Source: an uncultured virus (IMG/VR IMGVR_UViG_3300037067_002170) (taxonomy: Duplodnaviria; Heunggongvirae; Uroviricota; Caudoviricetes). Taken from it: a DNA stretch of 64,000 nucleotides. The stretch covers positions 1 to 64,000 of the IMG/VR virus record IMGVR_UViG_3300037067_002170. One strand, written 5' to 3'. The notes beneath the pieces were generated by a model, which ran no database searches, had not been told where the DNA came from, and worked only from the letters and a program-made list of their open reading frames with translations. The position numbers and the translations under genes were made by a program. Shown one piece after another: positions 29,854-38,510 of the stretch; positions within the stretch are counted from its first letter, which is position 1, and every line of letters starts with the position of its first letter.

Positions 29854-30057
29854 CTATCCGAAGAGGGCCTCATACCGGGTCTCTGTCTTCCCAGGGCCAT
29901 GCTCCTTCGCCGTGGGCTTGGTCAGATATCCGGTCAGCCAGAGGCGATCCCCGTTGCTCGTCGTCACCCAGCCCGATACGTTGCGGGTCAGCCCGCCGCT
30001 CTTACTGGTTCGCTCTTCACTCAACCCTGTCACGTCTACGATCATGCGTCTCTTCAT
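29854..30057 (-). CDS. Small hypothetical protein followed by a terminator hairpin (about 29804-29828)
   Basis: AGGAG RBS before ATG 30057; AGGGAGC...GCTCCCT hairpin with T-run on the minus strand. Confidence 0.6.
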   Translation of the reverse strand: MKRRMIVDVTGLSEERTSKSGGLTRNVSGWVTTSNGDRLWLTGYLTKPTAKEHGPGKTETRYEALFG

Positions 30058-30501
30058 TGTGTTGTCTCCTATGTGTGTGATGTGTGTTATGACCGAAGTT
30101 CGGCCTTTGCCCTTATTGCAGCTGGTTTGGGAAAGAGGGGCTAAAGGCGCATGGTTATTGGCGTGGCACAGCTGTTGCAAGGGCGGGGGCTGGATGGGGT
30201 GGGGGGGAGTCGAGATGGGGGGCGCACGTGGAGGCAGTTGAGGCGTAGCCGGAATCCTACCCTCTCACACACACCTACTCCACCAAAATAAAATAAAAAA
30301 AGTATTCCCGCTGGGGAATAAAATAGCAAAAGTAGCGCCAGTCGGGGGACAATATGCCCGAACGGGAATACAAGATCCTAGATCTGTGATTCTGCATCTA
30401 AGGGAGCGGGTAAGATCTTAGATCTATAGGGGAATGGGGTAGATGCACAAAAGCCCCAAGCGGGGTGCCTGAGGCTCGTGTGGTTAGTGGGGTACTCGGT
30501 A

Positions 30502-30642
30502 CTAGCTGAACTTGAGTGACATGACGAAATGATTAACTGTTCCCAGCAGCCGATCGAGTACGTCGAGCAACTGGATGTTCTTGTTGGTAGCTTCCAACTG
30601 CTTGCCAATCTCGGTAACGAGAGCCTTTTGCAACTCTTCCAT
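30502..30642 (-). CDS. 46-aa helical peptide (MEELQKALVTEIGKQLE...), not in the ORF track
   Basis: AAAGGAGG RBS, ATG 30642, TAG 30502. Confidence 0.65.
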   Translation of the reverse strand: MEELQKALVTEIGKQLEATNKNIQLLDVLDRLLGTVNHFVMSLKFS

Positions 30643-30662
30643 TGTAGCCTCCTTTCTTATTA

Positions 30663-30872
30663 TTATAGTGGCCGGAACCCCAACCGGCCGTCTTTGTTTC
30701 CTGGTGCTCCTAACTGACCCGGCCCCAGTTCGATCTGGTTAGCAGAGGTTGTACTACCTATCAGGTGCGCTCCCCTCTAGATACGCCCGGTTATCATTAT
30801 ACATTGCTATTGCCCGGCCCTCTTGGAACAGGTAACCCAACATGAGGGAGAGTACCACGTAGCCCACTATAA
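30663..30872 (-). ncRNA. Candidate ~210-nt structured RNA of unknown class
   Basis: Intergenic; 9-bp terminal stem TTATAGTGG/CCACTATAA enclosing several hairpins. Strand inferred from flanking genes. Confidence 0.4.
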
Positions 30873-30884
30873 CTATTCGCTTTA

Positions 30885-31205
30885 TCATGCGCCGGTATCC
30901 TCCTCCTTGTCAGAAATACTAACCAACTTTTCTCCCTCATCAACCTCGTCTAGCACATTGCCAATATCTATAAGGTAGGCCCTAAAGCTCTCATTTGTGA
31001 ATGCAATAGGGGGCTTATCATTGGCAGCGGGAGAGGGAATCGAACCCTCACGTCCAGGAGTCAAAGTCCTGTCTGCCCCCAGGGCGTCCCGCAGTGCATT
31101 ATGTAGATCCATCTCCATCTTATCAACAAACTCACAGAAGTGGGCATATGCGCTTCCGCCACAAGGCCTCTCCCAGGTGGTCTGGGTAGAATCACGATCG
31201 GTCAT
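30885..31205 (-). CDS. Hypothetical protein whose ORF spans the tRNA-Gln
   Basis: GGAGG 7 nt before ATG 31205; stays open through the tRNA on the same strand. Confidence 0.5.
   Translation of the reverse strand: MTDRDSTQTTWERPCGGSAYAHFCEFVDKMEMDLHNALRDALGADRTLTPGREGSIPSPAANDKPPIAFTNESFRAYLIDIGNVLDEVDEGEKLVSISDKEEDTGA
31022..31093 (-). tRNA. tRNA-Gln(UUG) with shortened D-arm and encoded CCA
   Basis: Acceptor TGCGGGA/TCCCGCT (1:72 U-U), G73, CCA; anticodon arm CAGGA-CT TTG AC-TCCTG; T-arm GAGGG-TTCGATT-CCCTC; D-arm only GCCC-TGG-GGGC. Confidence 0.8.
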
Positions 31206-31392
31206 ACCAGCGCCTCCACTCGTTATAATCCTGCTCGTTCATGTTCCCTATCTCTATGGTCACGGTATGGGAGATGTCATCAAGGAATATGCTAGTGTGT
31301 CTCATCATCCAATCGTCATCCGGTCCATACCCCTCGGTAAAATCAACCATATACTCCTGGAGGTGGTTCACTAGGTGTCTAGAGATACTCAT
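31192..31392 (-). CDS. Small acidic hypothetical protein
   Basis: GGAGG RBS; ATGA overlap with the upstream gene. Confidence 0.55.
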   Translation of the reverse strand: MSISRHLVNHLQEYMVDFTEGYGPDDDWMMRHTSIFLDDISHTVTIEIGNMNEQDYNEWRRWYDRS

Positions 31393-31685
31393 ATTCCCTC
31401 CGGGAGCGTGTAGGTGAAGACATCTGGATTGTTGGCAATCACTGCATATACCCCCTCCGAGATCTGGCAGAGCAAATGGTGATCGAACTTCTGCTCCCCC
31501 CAATCATTAATAGCAGTGAGGGCTTCCAAAATTTCATGCATCAGGGTTTCCTTCTTCAGCTGCTCCGGGAAGCTGGGGTCTATCTCGATAGTGGTTTCCC
31601 CATGACAGCATGTACCACGGTTTCCCATAGTGCGTTCCAGGTCCTTGTTCGCCTTGATCGTATATTCATACGCAGCTATCTTCAT
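31389..31685 (-). CDS. Small zincin-like protein (HExxE variant)
   Basis: G.C......IEID.......ETLMHEILEA pattern of minimal phage metallopeptidase-like proteins. Confidence 0.6.
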   Translation of the reverse strand: MKIAAYEYTIKANKDLERTMGNRGTCCHGETTIEIDPSFPEQLKKETLMHEILEALTAINDWGEQKFDHHLLCQISEGVYAVIANNPDVFTYTLPEGI

Positions 31686-32164
31686 TGATTATACTCCTTT
31701 ATCACCTTAGCCAGTTGGATCTTATCATATACCCGCTTATACGGGGCCACCACGCTCTGGTTATAGGGCCAGTCGATCAGGATGATCTGTGAGTAGTCGG
31801 TGAAGAGGGGGTAGTCTTCGATCAATAAGTCCTCTCTAGCCAGCAGGTCGAGCTTCTCTTCGCCACTCTCAACGTAGGTAACGGTGGTTGTAGCCATATT
31901 AAAGCGCTTCTTGATCCAAGCATCCGTAAACGGCCTCCAACCATCAGGCTGTGCTGAGATAATACTAATCGCGGGTAGCGCTCTAGCTATACAATAGTAC
32001 TGGGTTGGTGGGCATAGCGCCAGTATCTCCTTGTTGTCGTTGATCCACGCACAGATGTCCCAGCCGTTGGGGAGGAGCTGGCTCCACGATAAGGGTGCCA
32101 TGCCTCCATGTAGGGGTGCGGCTAGGTCTCGGATGCAACCATCAAGATCCCAATGAATACGCAT
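31682..32164 (-). CDS. HAD-family 5'(3')-deoxyribonucleotidase-like protein
   Basis: WDLDGCIRD motif I; LIEDYP; DWPYNQ. Confidence 0.75.
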   Translation of the reverse strand: MRIHWDLDGCIRDLAAPLHGGMAPLSWSQLLPNGWDICAWINDNKEILALCPPTQYYCIARALPAISIISAQPDGWRPFTDAWIKKRFNMATTTVTYVESGEEKLDLLAREDLLIEDYPLFTDYSQIILIDWPYNQSVVAPYKRVYDKIQLAKVIKEYNQ

Positions 32165-32607
32165 TATCGCCCCTCCATATCTGCCCGATATAGCTCCATA
32201 TAGTGGATGATCTTATCCACATCAGCCGCCAGGTACCCCCTAGTAAGCAGCCTGAAAGCATACTTGATTACATCTGTGAGCGCCTTGATATCAAAGGCGT
32301 TATAACTCTCATGGGGCTTAGCGCTCCTGTAGAGATCTATGGGCTCCACGTTCTCGGTCTTGTAGTGCTGGGACCCCTTCTGTTTACACTCCTCCCAGCG
32401 ATCTACATAAATATTATCCAGCTGTTTGTTGGTATAAAATGCATGCATATTTCTAGATCCTGGTTCTGGAACAAACTTCGCCTTCTCGTCGCTCCACACC
32501 ATTACCGGTTCTCCTTTTGACTCCATCGAGTAACGAGATCCACCATCCCCCGTGTTAGGCTCTCCTTTTCCCCATACTTTACATGGCCCTAATTTTGGTA
32601 CCTTCAT
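32164..32607 (-). CDS. DUF3310/SaV-like protein
   Basis: GSQHYK...EPID...VIKY..R......DVDKIIHYMEL pattern. Confidence 0.65.
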   Translation of the reverse strand: MKVPKLGPCKVWGKGEPNTGDGGSRYSMESKGEPVMVWSDEKAKFVPEPGSRNMHAFYTNKQLDNIYVDRWEECKQKGSQHYKTENVEPIDLYRSAKPHESYNAFDIKALTDVIKYAFRLLTRGYLAADVDKIIHYMELYRADMEGR

Positions 32608-32834
32608 CTCTCCTCCTCCACTTTCTTATTATGCACCAAATCATAGTATCTACCCTTAAAGTAGTCCCGTTCCTTGGTGATCTTCTTGATCCACTCCTTC
32701 AATGCCGCGTTCTCCTTCAGCAGTATAACCTCAAGTTCCGTCTCGACCATTGCTCTGCCGCCTTTTGGCCCGGTACACCAACAACCCGAGCGCTATGAAA
32801 TATAATACGCTAACTGCTACGCTCCACCAGTCCA

Positions 32835-33806
32835 TCATACAATTTTACCGCTCGGGAGTATCCGTCTGTTCTCAACCTCAAATCCCCCGTTCTTCTCTAC
32901 GCTTACCAAAGCTACTCCCCAGTTCCAGCGCGCCGCATAAGGATTATAATCAGGACTCAAATCGCACAGGCAACCCACGCTCCAGGTGGTGAGATACTTC
33001 CCAAATACATTGCGCTCAGTATGCTCACTAGTGCTATGGCAGTGCCCACACATAGCCCAGGTGTTGGTGCGATTAAACAAACCCCTGGCAGCATTAACGG
33101 CTACATGGATAAACGGGAACTCGTTCCCATGAAAGATAGGCAGCTTCCCAGCAAGAACCATCTGGTTATACTGGAGCATCTCTATGCCCCTATACTCCAA
33201 ACCGAGTACCGTGTCAAATGCTAAAAGCGGGAGCCCCATCAGATCAGGAGCCATCTTCTGGTACATCAGCGGCAACCGGTATTCGTGATTACCCGGTTTG
33301 AACACCTTCTTAGCAGTAGGGAACTCATTATCAATAAGATCGAGCACATCAATCACCACCTCAACCTCTTTATCGAAGTTACGCTTATACGATGAGGGCC
33401 AGTATGAGATAGCAGCACAATCCTGGAGGTCCCCGTTGAACAGGATGCCCGTTGCTCCCTGGGCCTGACCATATTTAATAGCGGCTTCAAGCGCTACCGG
33501 TTCATGAAATGGTGCATGAATATCACAAAGTATCAGCCATAACCCTGGGTCCAACTTATAGGGATTACGAACCTTCCTCCAGGTCTGAGGCATTACCACC
33601 TTATCCCTTGCAATAACCTTATCCCCGATGCCTTTGCGCATCGCCTTCCCCTTCTTGCCGGTCTGGTATCTCACCATGCTCCTGATCTTCTCCAGATCAC
33701 CATCAAACATATCCCCATAGTTATAGAGCACATATCTAGCTACGGTCTTAAGAGGCAAACACGGGAATCTTTCTAATGCATCTCTGATTATCGCTTGTTT
33801 ACTCAT
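32835..33806 (-). CDS. Calcineurin-like metallophosphoesterase
   Basis: DIHAP, NGDLQD, GNHE, FHG, GHCH motifs. Confidence 0.85.
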   Translation of the reverse strand: MSKQAIIRDALERFPCLPLKTVARYVLYNYGDMFDGDLEKIRSMVRYQTGKKGKAMRKGIGDKVIARDKVVMPQTWRKVRNPYKLDPGLWLILCDIHAPFHEPVALEAAIKYGQAQGATGILFNGDLQDCAAISYWPSSYKRNFDKEVEVVIDVLDLIDNEFPTAKKVFKPGNHEYRLPLMYQKMAPDLMGLPLLAFDTVLGLEYRGIEMLQYNQMVLAGKLPIFHGNEFPFIHVAVNAARGLFNRTNTWAMCGHCHSTSEHTERNVFGKYLTTWSVGCLCDLSPDYNPYAARWNWGVALVSVEKNGGFEVENRRILPSGKIV

Positions 33807-33967
33807 TATACATACCTATCGCTTTCTGGTTAAACAGCAGCTCTTCAACCGTGGGGTTATATTCGCTAAATGTATTGCATTCGCAATCACCGCATATATC
33901 TAACTTCGATGCCGATAACTCCACTCCCCATCTGTGACTTGCCCAACCACACGGGCATATACTTTTA

Positions 33968-34234
33968 CTAGTTATGTCCATTGGTCCCCCTTTTTATTGC
34001 AGATATGGCGCTCTTTAGAGTATCCCTTCCCCTTTGAGTTCTGGCATATAAAAAAGATGCCGCTATACCAAAATAACCCATAGGAAGTCCAGACCTTGAC
34101 ACCGCTATCAAGCACTCTTCGTACGAGTAATCACCAAGCTCCATTGATAATACCGGTTTCATTGAGTTGCTAACTAGTTTGTTGTCAGCTTCCCACGCCC
34201 GGAACTCTTTCCACCTATTAAACAATTTAATCAT
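33968..34234 (-). CDS. Hypothetical protein
   Basis: GGAGGAG RBS; tightly packed. Confidence 0.55.
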   Translation of the reverse strand: MIKLFNRWKEFRAWEADNKLVSNSMKPVLSMELGDYSYEECLIAVSRSGLPMGYFGIAASFLYARTQRGRDTLKSAISAIKRGTNGHN

Positions 34235-34374
34235 TTCTTCTCCTCCGTAAATCCCTCAAGCATCAGTTTAATAGCCACCCTTACCAGCGCACTCATCGTG
34301 GTCTCCTGGCGCTTAGCCTCTTTCCTTAGCTCCTTATAGAGCTTATCCGGGAACACAAAGTTAACTCGTTTCAT
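34231..34374 (-). CDS. Ribbon-helix-helix (CopG/Arc-like) DNA-binding protein, 47 aa, not in the ORF track
   Basis: MKRVNFVFPDKLYKELRKEAKRQETTMSALVRVAI; ATGA overlaps at both ends. Confidence 0.8.
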   Translation of the reverse strand: MKRVNFVFPDKLYKELRKEAKRQETTMSALVRVAIKLMLEGFTEEKK

Positions 34375-34565
34375 TTGAATATATCTCCAAAGATATCTTT
34401 AAAATCACTGGCCGCTGGTTTCTTCATGTGTGCAAGTTCGATCTCCACCTCAACCAGCTTTTGCTTGTACTTACCCAGTGCAGTCTCCAGTTCCAACACT
34501 CGCTCCTTGAGTTTGTTTAACAACCTATACGTATTAACATATTCCCTAATATCTACTATTAACAT
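34371..34565 (-). CDS. Small coiled-coil protein
   Basis: AAAGGAGG RBS directly after the tRNA-Pro. Confidence 0.6.
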   Translation of the reverse strand: MLIVDIREYVNTYRLLNKLKERVLELETALGKYKQKLVEVEIELAHMKKPAASDFKDIFGDIFK

Positions 34566-34582
34566 ATCTCCTCCTTTCTAAA

Positions 34583-34660
34583 TGGTCGAGATAAGAGGAT
34601 TCGAACCTCCGACTCCCCGGTCCCAAGCCGGGTACTCTGACCATGCTGAGCTACATCCCG
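34583..34660 (-). tRNA. tRNA-Pro(UGG) with encoded CCA
   Basis: CGGGATG acceptor; TAGCTCAGCATGGTCAGAGT D-arm; CCCGG-CT TGG GA-CCGGG; GGAGGTTCGAATCCTCT T-arm; ACCA end. Confidence 0.95.
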
Positions 34661-34697
34661 ATCTTGTATGTATCATATGCACACTTCTTACATAAAG

Positions 34698-35012
34698 TCA
34701 AGGAAAAGTTTTGTTCCAAGCGCATATTTTAGAAGTCTGCCAATCCTTATCTCCCTCGAACAGGCGACAACTCTTGGGTCTCACCGGATATATGCTACAT
34801 CCCATCGGGGTAAGTTTGGGGCATATATGGTCTAATATAGCATATATACGCCTGCGCCCTCCCTCCATAACCTCAACTAGTTTTATCCCTCTTGCTTTAT
34901 AGAACGATATGCTCTCCAGGGACACATCACCTGCGTAGGGGATTCTTAAGGTCTGGCAGCATTTCAAACAACTAAGACATAGATCCGATTTATCTTTATC
35001 ACTTAGAGCCAT
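34698..35012 (-). CDS. YkgJ-family CxxCxxCC (putative Fe-S/Zn cluster) protein
   Basis: CLSCLKCC...CPKL....CSIYPVRPKSCRLF. Confidence 0.85.
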   Translation of the reverse strand: MALSDKDKSDLCLSCLKCCQTLRIPYAGDVSLESISFYKARGIKLVEVMEGGRRRIYAILDHICPKLTPMGCSIYPVRPKSCRLFEGDKDWQTSKICAWNKTFP

Positions 35013-35239
35013 TACGCCTCCTTGTTCTCGTGGTATCGTTTAAGGTTTACGTCCCTAGTGCACACCCTGCAGGCGCTAGAAAGCCCACTTATTAAATTGG
35101 GCCTCTCGTAGAACGCTTCCCTGTCCTTAGGTTTCTTGCATATACTGCACTTCTTCACCAGTGTAGTAACCGGGCAGGCTGCAAGCTGCTCACGCCTATC
35201 CTTGCTCCACCATATATGGAGGTTGCTCAATCCACCCAT
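35012..35239 (-). CDS. Small zinc-finger protein
   Basis: KKCSICKKPK...FY.......LSSACRVC, resembling the N-terminal finger of endonuclease VII/HNH proteins. Confidence 0.6.
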   Translation of the reverse strand: MGGLSNLHIWWSKDRREQLAACPVTTLVKKCSICKKPKDREAFYERPNLISGLSSACRVCTRDVNLKRYHENKEA

Positions 35240-35745
35240 GTCGCGTGCTCCACCTTCTCCCCGCAGTGCGGACACACCACACCCGCGTGAATGATCCCAG
35301 GAAGCTCTCCACTGAGATATTTGTTCCTGGCGGCTAGTGCCTCACGAATTCTGTTAACTCTCAACCTGCCCAATCCTGGAGCGTCAAGGAGCCTTTCTGA
35401 GGAGTACATGTGCAGCTTATCAGGATCGGTGCACCCGAACCTCTTGAGGGCGGTTACGGTCCAGGCATCAAGCCCCATCCATTCCCCGTTACCATGTTTA
35501 AGCTGAAACCTCTTGTCAATCAACTTGTTAAACCTGGCAATAGCCATACGTTCTTTGCCATTGGTAGGTGGAATCACCAACATCTTTGGTGTACTAGGCA
35601 CTTCCGCACATTGCTCCATATAGATCTGGTGCACCCTAGTTTCAGTGATTCCATATAATCCAGCAAGTGTAGACACGGGATCAGCTCCATAGTGGAGACT
35701 GTTCCAAATATACCTATCCCTCTTATCGTTCTTTCTATTAGCCAT
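35227..35745 (-). CDS. Putative transcription regulator: N-terminal HTH plus RNA polymerase alpha-CTD-like domain plus zinc knuckle
   Basis: LAGLYGITETRVHQI (sigma4-like HTH); ALKRFGC...L...SSERLLDAPGLGRLRVNRIREAL (alpha-CTD/HhH-like); CPHCG. Confidence 0.65.
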   Translation of the reverse strand: MANRKNDKRDRYIWNSLHYGADPVSTLAGLYGITETRVHQIYMEQCAEVPSTPKMLVIPPTNGKERMAIARFNKLIDKRFQLKHGNGEWMGLDAWTVTALKRFGCTDPDKLHMYSSERLLDAPGLGRLRVNRIREALAARNKYLSGELPGIIHAGVVCPHCGEKVEHATWVD

Positions 35746-37295
35746 TAGTAGTCTCTCAACCTCCAGCTTTCCGTCATCCTAATATCCCAACCATCGTATA
35801 TGTCAAACTTACAACCCAACCCATCAAGGTGCCTATCCTTTCTGGTGCAGTTTTTTCCCTTAACTATATAGGCGGAACCATAGTCTACAGCAACATACAG
35901 TCTGGGTTTATGCAACCCGAATGTTCCCCCGGTCCCCATGCTCTTCCCGGCATTCTTCTGCAACGCTATAATTGCAATCCCGTTCTCTAGCTTATCATGG
36001 ATCTCCCTGATTGGTTTAGCCACCCTCCAGAAGTCGTCGTATATCTCCATGAAGTCAATAATATTAACCCCGTTAGGATCTATAACATCAGCAAAGTTCT
36101 CCATGCGTTCCTTGGGCGAGAATCTCCAATCGTCCTGTTTAACCGGGAATTTCTCCAACCGTATCCTCATCTCCAGTGGCGACATCTCCGAACTAAAGTA
36201 GCTTATCTTATGCTTATTCATGTTCTCTTTAACTATATTAAGTAGCAGCGCTGTCTTCCCAGAGTTAGGGGCACCAGCAAAGATAATGATATTCTTAGTA
36301 TAGGTGTGGGACATCTTGTGTAGGTTCAAAGGTAACCATATATCCATAGGTTCTCCAGTGGCCCCTTTCCAATTGATATCCTCGACCTCTTCATCAATCT
36401 TCCTGAAGTCCCCGGTCTTAGATCCATATCTAGTGATGACATTATCCTTGATGAGTCTCGACAGTACCCCAGAAACATGCTTCTTTTCTTCCCTACTAGA
36501 CAAACACATAGCAGAGTAGATGTCCTTTATGGTGAACTGACCATCTTGCTGATCTATCCAGCTCATGATATCACTGGTCATGTTCTCAGCATTGTGCCTC
36601 TTTACGGCGCTAGAAACCTTTTCCCGTATCTCGCTTCTAGGAAACGGAGGAACACACAGATCTCCAAATGTACACAGCACGTCCATGATCTCACCACGGG
36701 GCATTCCTCCCCTAGCAAGAGCATTGGCGACATGGAACAAATCCTCATCCCTCCTACCATGTTTAAACATCTCGGTGGTAGCAGCTACTTCTTGTGGAGT
36801 GACCCTAGCTATATAAGCCTCAGGCAGCAACGGTGGTTTTACTAACTCTATGGGCGTCAACCAATGATATCCACCAGATGGAAGATCTGAGGGCGGGGCT
36901 ATAATATACCCTCCCTCCCCCCTGAAGTCGCAACCAGGTATAACCTTTACATTATTGCTCACCCTCACGCTAGGCGTCTTGAAGTACATATGCTTCCCAC
37001 CCCTTGGCGTTATAGCCACAGGAGGGCGATCGGTAATATACTGCTCCATCTCCACCTCGCCCTGTGGCTCATCTATATCAACCACCGACACTCCCGATAG
37101 TGATCCGGTAACGATAGCTATATTGGGTGAGTTAAAATCCTTAAACCACTTCCTAAGCTCCGACTCACTCGGATGCCTCTTTTGGAACTGCTCCCACTTG
37201 ATAAGCGGCTTTTTGCTATCTTTGCATATCGGGATGACCGAATAATCGAAGTGGTTGAGGTACATCAGAGCGCTCGCTAATTTAAGATCTCTCAT
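35745..37295 (-). CDS. Bifunctional primase-polymerase fused to winged helix and RecA-type helicase
   Basis: VIPI...KKP, NIAIVTG..SG..VVDID, TPRGGKHMYF, DFRGEGGYIIAPPS; Walker A GAPNSGKT; SSEM; IIDF. Confidence 0.9.
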   Translation of the reverse strand: MRDLKLASALMYLNHFDYSVIPICKDSKKPLIKWEQFQKRHPSESELRKWFKDFNSPNIAIVTGSLSGVSVVDIDEPQGEVEMEQYITDRPPVAITPRGGKHMYFKTPSVRVSNNVKVIPGCDFRGEGGYIIAPPSDLPSGGYHWLTPIELVKPPLLPEAYIARVTPQEVAATTEMFKHGRRDEDLFHVANALARGGMPRGEIMDVLCTFGDLCVPPFPRSEIREKVSSAVKRHNAENMTSDIMSWIDQQDGQFTIKDIYSAMCLSSREEKKHVSGVLSRLIKDNVITRYGSKTGDFRKIDEEVEDINWKGATGEPMDIWLPLNLHKMSHTYTKNIIIFAGAPNSGKTALLLNIVKENMNKHKISYFSSEMSPLEMRIRLEKFPVKQDDWRFSPKERMENFADVIDPNGVNIIDFMEIYDDFWRVAKPIREIHDKLENGIAIIALQKNAGKSMGTGGTFGLHKPRLYVAVDYGSAYIVKGKNCTRKDRHLDGLGCKFDIYDGWDIRMTESWRLRDY

Positions 37296-37319
37296 GCAAG
37301 ATCCTCCATATTACATCTA

Positions 37320-37600
37320 ACCATATATAATATATAATAAATATAAATATAGATTACATGTCTGTCTGTCTTTATATAGGCGAATAGAGAAATATCCACC
37401 CCCAAATCCAGCCCCGTTTTTCATTTCTTCCGTAACTCCTTGATAAATGCTACTATTATAATTGTTCATGACTGAGCGCCCTCAAAAAGTGTCCGCCATT
37501 GTCGCGCAAGTGCCCGCCATCGTCCGAAATATCCACCAAATCCCATAATGTCCACCTAATCTACAATGTCCGTTTTGTCCGATTCGTCCACTTCGTCCCA
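37320..37600. other. Candidate replication origin (AT-rich tract plus GTCC-core repeats)
   Basis: AT-only tract 37323-37351; AAGTG(T/C)CCGCCAT(T/C)GTC at 37487 and 37508; further GTCC at ~9-nt period; directly upstream of prim-pol. Confidence 0.5.
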
Positions 37601-37834
37601 TTCTCTCCTTTTGGCCTTGGCTTTAGCGACTAGTTCGTCGCTTATCCTGAACTTCCCCCTCTTTTTTTTACTGCGTTCTAGAAACCCCGCTTTCTCCAAT
37701 ATCCCTATAACCCAAGACACCTGCTTACGATCTCCCCTCGTTATTGCTCCAACATCTGGGTATATTTCGTCTATAAAAAATACCCCTCGTTTCCCTGCAA
37801 CCCACGCTTCAATATCTCTTGTCCTTACTCCCAT
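37556..37834 (-). CDS. Stand-alone winged-helix protein paralogous to the prim-pol internal domain
   Basis: AAAGGAG RBS; IEAWV....GVFFIDEIY...ITRGDRKQVSWVI..LEK....ER.....GKFR aligns with the prim-pol linker. Confidence 0.7.
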   Translation of the reverse strand: MGVRTRDIEAWVAGKRGVFFIDEIYPDVGAITRGDRKQVSWVIGILEKAGFLERSKKKRGKFRISDELVAKAKAKRREWDEVDESDKTDIVD

Positions 37835-37899
37835 AAAAACTCCTTTCGTATTCGGTACGGACACCTTACGCACAACCAACGGAAGATGTCAAGACACGA

Positions 37900-38412
37900 T
37901 TACACGGTATGCACCCATTTCCAGTAATAGAGCATCCTGTCGAGTAGCCACCTAGCTACATCCTCGCGTTTTGATGAGTAATATATCTGAAGGCCAAACC
38001 GTATATTAAAGGAGCATAAGGCTTGCCTGATTGCCTCAGGTGCCATCATTGAGAAGTCTTGGGGACGAAGCAGGTCTCGCTCGTCAGCCTCTATCACCAG
38101 GCACTTGTACTTAAAATGCTGGATAGCATTCAGTTTTTTGACGGTCCTCTCCCGCTCCTTGCCCACATAGCTCATAAAGTCTGATATACCCTTGCGCTCC
38201 GCGAAAAAACCACCGTCTTCGTGTCCCCCGATGCTATAGTCCCCATGTTCTAGCTTCTTGGAGCAAATAACTAACCCAGGGGGTAGTCTGGTGAAAAGAG
38301 GCTTTTGCTCCCTTGTGTCTATAGTCATCGAGAATCCTTCAGGAATAGTCCATCCCTTCAGCTTGAATGGTGTTAGCTTTGAAATTCCTGATCGCGAACC
38401 CTTAACCCTCAT
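37900..38412 (-). CDS. ERCC4/XPF-family nuclease (probable resolvase)
   Basis: IDTREQKP, GDYSI, ERKGISDF, LVIE motifs. Confidence 0.9.
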   Translation of the reverse strand: MRVKGSRSGISKLTPFKLKGWTIPEGFSMTIDTREQKPLFTRLPPGLVICSKKLEHGDYSIGGHEDGGFFAERKGISDFMSYVGKERERTVKKLNAIQHFKYKCLVIEADERDLLRPQDFSMMAPEAIRQALCSFNIRFGLQIYYSSKREDVARWLLDRMLYYWKWVHTV

Positions 38413-38432
38413 CTTTTATCCTCTTAAATAGA

Positions 38433-38450
38433 GAGGGCGTTTCCGCCCTC
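38433..38450 (-). terminator. Intrinsic terminator after the SSB gene
   Basis: GAGGGCG-GAAA-CGCCCTC followed by TCTATTT on the minus strand. Confidence 0.6.
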
Positions 38451-38510
38451 CCTGTGTTATTGTTTAGGAAATCTCCGTTTGGGTATAAACGGTAACTTGT
38501 CTAGTGGGTC

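Noticed and set aside
29788..30329. Several overlapping + and - strand ORFs of 60-118 aa
   Set aside because: Low-complexity translations without RBS; only 29854-30057 has a credible start and terminator.
30663..31022. tRNA-associated HDV-like (theta) or hammerhead ribozyme
   Set aside because: The structured region starts ~150 nt from the tRNA 3' end, and I could not identify a CUGANGA/GAAA core or an HDV double pseudoknot by eye.
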